This document shows positions 1-11,100 of a DNA stretch of 64,000 bases, one piece after another (position 1 is the stretch's first letter; each line of letters begins with the position of its first letter). This stretch comes from Sphaerodactylus townsendi (Eukaryota): the NCBI RefSeq assembly GCF_021028975.2, contig NC_059436.1:1612001-1676000 (forward strand), read 5' to 3'. The notes beneath the pieces were generated by a model. The model was not told the DNA's origin and ran no database searches. It saw nothing but the letters and a program-made list of their open reading frames with translations. The position numbers and the translations under genes were made by a program.

Positions 1-1829
1 ACTCCCTGAAATTTTGGCTTCTAACCTAACAAACTGCGTCCCCTGTAGGCCTAAAACCGAAAAACACTAAAAAAAATACAAAAAAGAAACCTGAAATTTT
101 TGCTGCCTCGCCCCCCCCAGGCGCGCACCCAGTGCAATGCACACCCCTGTTCCCCTTGTAGCTACGCCTCTGTGCACAGCCCATACTGGATGGATACAGC
201 TATAAGAAATAAACTTTTGGTCAAGTCAAGGGCATTTTGCCCTTCCTCCGAGAAACTCAGAGTGATCTTTCATGGGGGTTCCTTGATACATCTTAAAAAA
301 TAACCCAGAGAAAGAAACTCTCAATCACAGTGCCACTCAGTACTCTTTAGTACTGCACAGAGATTTGAATCCAAGCCTCTTTGGTCCAGGTCTATCCACT
401 CTACCACATTAGCTTTTTAGCCACTTCAGAGAACTGGACAGAAGCAGAAATCAGGTTTTAGAAATGGAAGCCTACTGAAGAGAAGTAACAAGGCTCTGAG
501 AAAGAATAGCATTCAACAAGCCTCTCAAAACAGCCAGCAATGGCAGCCAGCAAAGTCTTTGGACTTTGGAACTTACTCTAAGGAAGGGGTCTTCACAACT
601 GCAGCCCTCAGAAGCTTATTCAGATACTATGATACTACAGTGAAAATGATGTATGCAAAGTAAAAAACACGCGCCAAAATAAATATATACATACACACAC
701 ACACAATAAATCTAATACTTAAAAAATGAAAAGTACTAAAATCTCCCTTTTAGGATTTTAGCTTTGCACCAAAAGATTTATATCTGCTTCCAAAGTGCGT
801 AAAAATCATGTAGAAACAGAAAAAAAACTCAGGAAACATTCCTTGGGAGTGTAGAGAAATGCAATGTTGTTTCAACTGCAAAACTACATTTCCTGAGTAT
901 CTGTGCTTTTACTCAATCAAATTTCTATTAATTATGACTGAAAAAATAAGATTGAAAAGCTGTGTGCAACTAATGTTGCAATCACTAAAGGCAGGGGAGG
1001 GGGAAAGGTGCAGAGTTGCTTCTTTTTTTTTTTTAAACAGCTCTTTAGCCTACTCATAATTTGCCAATATGGCTAATAATCTGTTCAATCTGTACTGCTG
1101 AATTTAAAATTATGCACCTAGAAAAACAGACCTGCTCATCTCACATAAGTTATGTATGCATTAACATCTCTGCCAAAAGAAAAGCAAATGCCACTCCAGC
1201 TTTTCAAATTATCTGAAATTCTTCTCATACCTGACAGCAGCAGGATTCGGAAGCACTAATGTCCAGAGTTCCCACTCCCAAGACAACTTTGGTACAAAAC
1301 TAAAAGAACCAAGTATCTAATCAAACATACCCAAAGATGCTTTGTTTGCAGAAGGTATAAGAGGTTTTTAGGTACCACAAGTGAAATCACTTTCTAAAAT
1401 GAAGAAAAATGGGTGCCATTTTCCATTGGAAAGGCTCAGAGTGGCACAATTTTTAGAGTGCAAACAATTAACTCAAACAAAGAGGTATTTTTTAACAAAA
1501 CTTCTCTCCAGAGAAACATACTGAATATGAATATTCTGGACCAGGAAAGGATTTATCACTGTCCAGTGGCAAGAATCTGGGTCCCTGAGGTTGGCAACAC
1601 CCAGTTACCATAAACTGCCAGGATACATTCTCTACCCCTTGCAATTCCTTGAAAAAAATACTTTTTCAGCAAATCAGTTTTCTGACTGGGCAGCAGGTAT
1701 CAGCAGCTACAAGGTCCTGGCACCAATCATTAGAAACGAATTAAATGGCTGTAAGAGACACACCCTCTCCAAGGAACCCGAGGCAGGCAACTACTGCTGA
1801 TGGAAAACAGGCAGCCCTGTTTTTAGGAT

Positions 1830-2128
1830 TCATTCTTCGTAATAATACATCTTCCTATCGATCAGGGCTTCCCTTATTCTCATCTCAACCCCCTTGAGAT
1901 TCACAGTTGGGTCACAGAGTGTCTTCAGTAAAGTGTCCAAAGATGCATTCTTCCCGTTTTTATCCAGCCATTTCCGAAGCATCTGATGGTGCTGTTCAGC
2001 CACATCGCCGGGGGAGTTTAATTTTGCCGTGTCAATCTCGTTGTACGTCAAACCAAGGACCGACATGTAGGAATGCCACTTGTTGAGGGGCACCTCATCC
2101 ACAAAAAGAAAGAAAGACTGACGCAAAG
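1830..2128 (-). CDS. TNFRSF10B: TNFRSF10-like exon 10, death domain
   Basis: ttccttctag acceptor; LRQSF...W..YM..LGL..NEI..AK...MLRKW..KNG..AS..TLL pattern of the DR4/DR5 death domain; TGA at 1830-1832. Confidence 0.95.
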
Positions 2129-5100
2129 CTAGAAGGAAAGCAGATAAAATGCTGTGAATGACATAATTCTGTGGAAATCAAGGCAGTGGGGAAAAGTCCA
2201 AATAGTGGGATACCTGGGGCAGAATTAATTTAACAACAACAGCAACAAATCTTAAGCCTGTAAGTGCCAATAAAAATGATATTAATCTCTGAAGGCAAAG
2301 CCTGAACACAATTCACAGGTATTGGCGACAGGGCTTCAAAGTGATATGACAGCAGGATGGGCTGAAGATAGGCCACAATCCATCAGTAAATCCCTGGCTG
2401 GGTCATGATAGATCTCTGAATGTTCCTGCCTCAGAAGCCACAGAGAGCCCTCATTTTGGCAGCTGTAGACATTCCTGACCTGACCACTGGCATGCAGTCG
2501 TTGGTAACATCCAGATTGGACTAATGTAATGGACATAATGTGGTCCAGAAACTTCAGTTGCTAGGAAGTGCAGGAGCAAGATTATTAACAACCTGAAGGA
2601 AAGGCTGCCTCCACACATACATTCTAGTTCAAGGCTCCCTATGGGATTCTTGCTATGGGAACTAACCAGTGGTGGGATTCAGCAGGTTCACACCACTTCA
2701 GCAGAACCAGTTGTTGAAATGGTGCTTGTAAACAACCAGTTGTTAAATTATTTGAGTCCCACCACCAGAACCAGCTGTTGAATTATTTGAATCCCACCGC
2801 TGGAACTAACACTTTCACAGATGGAGGTAGCAAAATTTGCAGTAGTTGCACCACAGAAGCACAACAGGTACAAAAGTCCTTCGCCCCCCCCCCCAAAAAA
2901 AACCCTCAGAAAACTTGTCCAGAAAGCCTTTGATGACTTGTCATGAGTTTGAGGCTGATTGCATTTTGTATGACATTTTATTTATCATTTAATTGTTGTG
3001 GAATCTTGGACACTCATATAATTCATTCATATAATTTTCTTTAAACAAACAACATTGCCCTATGTTCTTTGGCTTGAAAATAGCTCTTGGGATGAACTTA
3101 AGTCTTCTATTCTGATTTGTAGAAAGTTCCTGTGTTGGATTAGACTTTTAGTAATGGCAGTCAATTTGGATGTAAGCAGCTGATTCTCTAGAGTTAAGAA
3201 AACTGACACTAATAACAGTTACTTAAAAGTTTCAGATAGGATGGTACAATATGGTAGTATCAACAGGCTGCTTGTGACAAGTCCTTCTCGTAGCATTTTT
3301 TGGGTGCAGATGCTGGAATTTCTGATGTACAGTAACTCAGATGTAAGTATGTTTTATACAGGCAGATATCCCAGAGAGTGGGGAGAAGCAGTTGTGAGAG
3401 ATTATGGCCCGTTATGCACGGGCCACTACAGAGGCTGCACAGAGGCATATATGATACCAGTGTGGCCCCGGGGCCATTCGCACGCTTTCAGGCAAGCGGA
3501 CCCGGAACGGCCGCGGCCTGTGAACCTCTGTTTTGGTTCCCCAAACTTACCTCTCCCTGCGGAGCTCCACAGGGATGAGAAGACACACCCACGCTGCCCT
3601 CTGACCCCCACAGCTCCGCAGGGAGAGAAAGTAAGTTTGAAGGAAACAGGAGGTGCCTAAAAGCGGCACCTGCAACCTGATGCTGTTGGCATGGCACCCG
3701 TGGGAAAACGCTGTTTCCCAAAAGCCTTGCTCATTGAGTGAGGCAAGAAAACAGCATTTCCCCGCCAGTTGCATTCTTAATTATAGATCTCTTAGGAGAT
3801 TTTACAAAATGTCAAATGGCAGAGCACAAATGTTTTAAGTGAACAAGATCAGGCCAAACAGCACCCATTGCAGAGAGAAACAGGTACATTTTACTGAGGC
3901 CCAGGACTGCCCATCCATTGTAGTCAAAGTGAAATGTATATTATTTCAGAAGTTAGCTTTTTTTAAAAAAAATATCATGCATACAAAGGATGGGATTGAG
4001 GCACTACAAACTGTCCCATTGGGTCCTCTCATTTATGGGATTGAGACACAAAACCATCATGGCACAGAACCAGCAAGCACTATTTTCCCTGAAGCGTTCC
4101 CCTCCCATGTAGTAAGTACAAACATCAGTTGCAATGTCTAGCAATCCTAGAAACAGGCCCACGTTAGGTTCACTGTGAGTTCGGCTCAGGTCTCTGAATA
4201 CTGAGGAACAATTTTTCTTGCACTGACATGTGCACAGGAATATGCTGTCCAGTGTGTTCAAACTGGGGTACAAGATCAGAAGAACACTCACCTTCTTCTG
4301 CGTCCTTCCCATTTGCAGGAACCAGCTTCCCCTTCTCCTCTTCAATGAGTACTGAGCATTCCTACAAGAAGTCAGAAAGGAGACAAACTTAATAAGATGT
4401 CTCATGGAACAGTATAGGGGGTATATGCAACACTGTAGGCATTGCTGCTGTCTAACTCTACAAAGGAACTAGTTCTAGTGAATAGCTGAACAAGAGAGTG
4501 GGTATCTGGCTATTTGTAATTTAATTAGCAGAATCAGCACTGGCCTCTTTTGTTCCAAGGAACCCTGTGGACTGATCCTAGGCTTACAAGTTTGATTTTG
4601 ACTTTGTTTCATGATTCAATCAGTATGCATGCAAAGCAAGCCTCCAGTTACCTTCTCTCGCAAAGGAATGGTTTCTTCAGGCTGCCCTGTTGTATTGGAG
4701 CCAGAGTGACTCTGGGATGCCAGGTCTACTTGTGCATTCCATTCATTGTCTCCACTCTCTGGTTGTCCACGAGTCAATTTTGTCTGCAGCCACAGGAGAG
4801 TCTTGCAATAAGTACAAAACTTGCATTAGCCCACACATTTACAAAGTTAGTAGTAGGCCACACTGAGAGGGAGTGAGAGCAATTGAAAGACAAAATCAAG
4901 CAGCCGGTAGAGCAGCAATAGGAAGTCTCCAAACAGGAAAGAGACTCCATCAGCTGCCAAAAGATTTCGGACATTGTTATTATTGTTGCTATTACCATCA
5001 CCCCCACCCCCACCCCCACCCCCCACCCCCCACCACCCCCACCCCCACCTCCTCCTCCTCCTCCTCAATTCAGAGTGGTTTTCACCACAAAATATACATT

Positions 5101-8100
5101 GTAAAATATAAAATAATATACATAATAAAATACAATATGTTCTAAAACCTGCACGCATAATGCATAATTAAATAATCTTGGAACTTCTGGATGTCCCAGC
5201 CCTACCCTAAAACCCACAAAACACAGAGGGGAGGGACAAATAAAAGAAACAGGAGAAAATGAGGCCAGAAATGATCGAACCATAATTCAATTCTGTCCTC
5301 AACGACAGACCTGGCTGAACAGGCCCTGCAGAACTGAGACAAATGTCATTTGACAGAGTGTTCCACCAGGCTGGGATCAGGACCGAAAAACCCCTGGGTT
5401 TAGTTGAGGACAGGAAGACGCTTTTCAGGCCAGGGAACAACTACCAAGGGCTGCTAAAGGTTTTAACCTGTTTGTAAATTGTCCATAGTCATGCCATTTG
5501 AAAGATAGCGTATTAATCTTCAAAATAAAGTCCTGTCATTTATTGTCAGGGTGAGAGGGTGAAATCCTCCTTCTCTGCAAGATCTCACTAGTCCCTCACA
5601 TGTTAACACTTAATTTTTACCTCCCACAGAGTTGGAAGCAGATCACAATTACTCACCTTTGAGCGGATCGAGTTTGCTTTAGTTCCTGTTGTGTGGTCTG
5701 CAAAAGAGGACAAAATGCCATTAGTCAACATCAGCCTGAAAAGCCCAGATCAGGGCTATAGAAACCATTTTAATCAACTGGACAAGAACAGGGGTTGCCT
5801 CTTGCCCAGCCGTCCTTCTCAAGCTCAACATTCTCAAAACTGTCTGATGCAGAAGAAGTGTTGGTTTTTATACCCCATTTTTCTCTAAAGAATCTTAAAG
5901 CAGCTTAAAATAACCTTCCCTCCCCCCCCCCCCCCCCAGCAGCAGTGGCGTAGTGATTAAGAGCAGGCGCATTCTAATCTGGAGGAACCGGGTTTGATTC
6001 CCAGCTCTGCCGCCTGAGCTGTGGAGGCTTATCTGGGGAATTCAGATTAGCCTGTGCACTCCAATACATGCCAGCCAGGTGACCTTGGACTAGTCACAGC
6101 TTTTCGAAGCTCTCTCAGCCCCACCCACCTTACAGGGTGTTTGTTGTGGGGGGGGGGGGAGGGAAAGGAGATTGTAAGCCCCTTTGAGTCTCCTATAGGA
6201 GAGGAAGGAGGATATAAATCCAAACTACTCCTCCTCTTCCTCTTCTTCTTCTTCAACAACAGGCAACTTGTGAGGTAGGTGGGGCTGACAGAGTTCTGAG
6301 ATAACTGTGACTAGCCCAAGGTCACCCAGCAGGCTTCATATGTAAAAGTGAGGCATCATACACAGTTCTCCAGATTAGAGTCCACCACTTTTAAGCATTG
6401 CACCATTACACTGTCTCTGCTAAAGAAGCCTATCAAAAGATTACCCTCCTTCTCCAAAGTCGAAATGGCTGCACCTCCCACTCACCAAGGCAACAGTGAG
6501 AAGACAGCTGTGTCTGACAACCTCTTTGTTCTGTCAGAGAAGCTACAACAAATTATCAATGGACTTTGGTTTCCTGCAGTAACCATGACAGACAGGTGAA
6601 ACACTACATTCTCCCTTTAGTACAAGGTGCTGCACGAATGTCACTGTCCTTTCACAGATGCAATTAAATGCGGCAATGCCTCTATCTTAAATGACTTAAA
6701 GAGGGGATTATATAAGTTTATGGATAAGTCTATCACTGACTGCTGTCACAAAGGTTACATTTAGTTCACTGGATTTAGTATTGTTTGTGGTTTCATGTGA
6801 AGTCCTACCAATATGAGCACGATGGAGGCAAAAATTCCTTTCCTATTCAGTGTATAAGTTTTGAAGAAGAAGCAAAAAAAGAGAGAGCAGAATGCAGAAG
6901 CAGCAGCAAGTTTAGAATCCAGCATCTGGAAAAAAATTGTACTTTTTAAGACAGCAAATTTCTAGACCTTATGCAGCAGAAACATATTAGAAAGCATGTG
7001 GGCCAACTCCAGAAAAATCACAGAAGCCGCAGAATATGATTTTCAGCAATTGGAAGGCAGGAGCTTCAATGTTTCTTGCCCATCTTCTTGACTAGCAACT
7101 TCAGAATTAAACTATGCCTGATTATAAAATACTGGTTGCTGTATTCTGTAAATGTCAGTGCTTGGGCACAAATTTTTGGTTTCTTTTAATATAGGATACC
7201 CAAAGCCCCAGAATTACAACTATACCCTGCCCATTGACAACTGAGAAAGTTAGGACTTGTCTTCCCAGTAGTTAAGGCTGAAATACAATTTTACCTCTGG
7301 AGCACTGGAGAACTGGAGCACTGGAGCGCTGGAGAGTCTTTCTGTACTTATACATCACACAACCGAGGATAATCAGAAGAATGATGCCCAAAAGTATCCA
7401 CAGTGGAACAATTGCTTTGGAATCTCAAAAGAAAGATAAAAGATAATTAAGTAGGCATGTAGGTAAAATCCATTGTGTGAGGCCAAAGGCCACTTCACAA
7501 TATAACAAAAATAACTGCCCAGGCAATAATAAACAAATATAATTAGGGAAGACAATAATGAAGTTATAATTAGAATTGCTCGTAATACCAAACTGGACTA
7601 CTTTTGGCCCAATACTAGAAGGAACGCTGTCTCCCCACCTGAGCGCACACACAACCTGCACACACAGAGAAACCTACCGCTCTTTCCTGATGGAACAGTT
7701 GGTGAGCTTGTTGTAATCGGCACACACTGTATATCACTTTGTGGCGTGCAAGGCTGCACCATCTCTTCTCCATCAGGGCACCTAGGAGACAGAAAAAACA
7801 CTGTACTTTCTCCAGGAGAAGACAAGAAACTCGAATTCCAGACTCATCGTGTGAAATATATCTTCAGAATAAATAAAGAAGTATAGCTTCCTCAGATAGG
7901 CAGATAAGCAACATNNNNNNNNNNNNNNNNNNNNNNNNNNNNNNNNNNNNNNNNNNNNNNNNNNNNNNNNNNNNNNNNNNNNNNNNNNNNNNNNNNNNNN
8001 NNNNNNNNNNNNNNNNNNNNNNNNNNNNNNNNNNNNNNNNNNNNNNNNNGGAGGGCTCAGGGCGGTGAACACGTATAGATAGAGCACAATAACAATTTAA

Positions 8101-11100
8101 AACCACAATTTCAATAAATACAGGCTCTAATAATTAAAATATAAACCCTATCTCGTCTTGAAGCAGCATTAAAATTAGCATTAAAACAAGAATGGCATCT
8201 GCTATCAGTTCCCTCTAACCCCAAAAGGGGAAGAGACGGTAGGATCCACTTGATGTTGTAAATGGAGGGGGCCCCTATCAACTAGGTCGCATTAGGTCGC
8301 ATTACACCAGCCAGAAGAACAATTCACACTTTTGTGCTGATCATCTGGAAACAAGGCACCTGGGTTCCAGTTGTCATAAAGGTGCTGCTTGTATGTTTAC
8401 AACTCTCATTTGCCTTCCTATTTAAACCTAAGACTGCACACTTCCCTGCCTAGTGTGCAACTGACTACAGATGTACATTTACTGCTTTTTCTACTGCACA
8501 ATTAAACCTCTCCACCACTCTTAACCACTACACCACGCTGACAGAAAGGAGGTGTGGGTAGGATTCCAGGCACTGTAAAATCTTCCTAACCTCTTGCTAT
8601 GAGAATAGAAAATGACAAGCTTGTGTTTCTAAAAAGCATCTAACATGCATTGTTTTGAACTGACCTGGGTTTGCAGGTATGGCATGTTTCACATGGCTGG
8701 CTGGGGGAACAAAAAAAGGCGCCCTCCTTGCAGGCACATTCAGCATTGCTGGTTCTGGAACACAACTTTAGTGTCACTTGATCTGGAAACACAAACACAC
8801 TTGAGTTTGCATAGTTTAATTCTTTTAATTCCCAGGGAATAAATACAACACGCTTAATTAATTTTCACCTAAGCACCTGTGGCTTTTGTACAACCTGGAC
8901 GGTGCACGGATGGCAATTTGGCATGAGCAAAAACCAAAACCCAGTGAATCTAGAGACTTTCAGTTTAAAAAGAAAACAAACCTGTAGTCTTTACAACTGT
9001 GTAGTTGGTTTGGAAATGCTTGTAGATATGCTTGACATATCTCAGAAAGTCAAAGGAAGTAGTTGAATTAGATTCCCAGCTGGAGGACAGGTATTCCTGC
9101 CCAGCTGCCTGCTCTGCCCACAAGTAGCAAAAACAAAATAAAATCGTGCAGAAAAAGTAAATTGGCATAAATGCAGAATAGAGAATCCAGCTTCTCTTGA
9201 TCTAGAATGTTATTAGTGTTTAGCATGAAGTTCACACTGCCCTGAGTAGAGAAAGCCTAAGAGTGCTTAGCACCTTCCTCTATAAGTTTGAAATTATGTG
9301 CAGTCACTGATATACGTAAACTAGCTTTATTCTGAGTCAAGCCTATGGTCGATACTGACTATTCGGATGGCAGCAACTCACCAGGGTTTCAGATTATGGT
9401 CTTGCACATCACCTGTTACCTGAGCCTTTTAACAGGCCATGCAGGAAATGAACTTGGGACTTCCTGCATGCAAAAAGATGCTCTACCACTGTGCCGTAGC
9501 CACTCCTCAAACAAACAGAGCCCACCCTCTTTGAAGGACAGCTGTTCCAACCACTAAGCTGTTGGTGGATTTTGAACGTAACCCAAGGCTACCCTTAACA
9601 TGAGAACCTCCCTTCCCACTTCTTCCCATGCAAAATACCTAGAGGTCTGCAGACTTTGCAGGGAACACACTCATGGAAAGAATTCCAGTGTGTAGAGAAT
9701 GAATCGTTGGAACAGGGCTTGCAAGTCGAGTTACTGCCAGAGGTCTCACAGTGTTGTAAGACAGAATTACCTGCAAGAAGGCAATCAAATAAGAAGGCAT
9801 AAATCACTGAATCAAGGAGTATAGATTTTAAAATGACAATCTTTCTGTTCCCCCCACCCCTGGTATACAAAGTCTCCATGGTATGTTGTTGTTACCATTA
9901 GGTGGCAGGAAGAGTAGATTTTTTAATTATTATTGGGGAAGAAGAGCTTGGATTTTTCTGTCTCAAGTACCAAAAGTTCCTGGTAGACTCTTCTATGAAG
10001 AGACAATTAAATTGGGGGACTAGCATCAATCCTCATGTTTACTGGGCAGAATGGCAGGTGTATACAGTGGCACATATCTAGCTATTTTCACGGTCCACAT
10101 ATTTCTTACACCTTTATCCTGCCCTTCCTCCAGAGAACTTGGGGCAGATTAAGTGCCCCTCCAATAGTTTATTCTCCCAGCAACACTGAGGGAAGATTAA
10201 GCTGAGAGAAAGAGACTGGCTGAAAGTTACCCAATGAGCTTCATAGAACTAATTTTTCCATTTATCCAAGACCGACCAATATTGATTGTTCAAAGTGTCA
10301 GGTTCAATATATATGAACACATCTAGGTTCCAGATCTAGGTTCAAATCCTCGCTCATTCCGTGAAAGTTCGCTGGGTGACATTGAGCCAATCATATGCTC
10401 TCAGTCTGACCTAACTCACACGGTTGTTGTGAGAATAAAATAGAAGACAGGAGAAGGTTGTCAATCATTTTGGATCCCCACTGGGGAGAAAGCTAGAATA
10501 TAAGTGAACTAAATACATTTTAAACATTCATGAAAGTAAGCAACAAAAGTATAGCAAGGGCTATACTGTATTGCACCCTGCACAAGCAAAAAGGTGGCTC
10601 AGTATATGCCATGTATAACTTAGCTCAAGGGGCTAATGTGAGGGGTTTTTATCACGCTTCTGCAAGGGCACTGATACATGTCAAAATCTTCCAGTGGACA
10701 CAAGCCAAAGCCCCTGGAGATAATCTTGGTATGGCAAATGCAAGACATTGCTATTTTATATTATATTAGCTATTGCTAATCAACTCCCGAAGACCACAAC
10801 TGAATCTCTGTCATTTTAATGGAAAAGCTATTTCATTAAAAGAAAAATAATTTTCCCCCAGTGGCCAGTGGTGGCAAACCTATGGCACTCCAGATGTTCA
10901 TGGACTACAATTCCCATCAGCCCCTGACAGCATGGCCAATTGGCTGATGGAAATTGTAGTCCATGAACATCTGGAGTCCCATACGTTTGCCACCACGGCC
11001 CCAGCCTGAGCAATAGGACAGTAATCAGCTGTTAAACTAACTACCTAAAACTCTATGACTCTATTGATTCCAAATCAAGCAAGTTTTAGATTGTTTTCAA

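Noticed and set aside
5942-6010. tRNA gene
   Set aside because: tRNA-derived SINE head; no cloverleaf evident.
7373-7661. Hydrophobic ORFs 7373-7591 and 7425-7661 as the TM exon
   Set aside because: T-rich intron sequence; the real TM exon (7295-7414) is in another frame with matching splice phases.
8885-8950. CHPCTV-like peptide as an extra CRD exon
   Set aside because: No complete cysteine pattern; exons 3 and 4 already join in phase.
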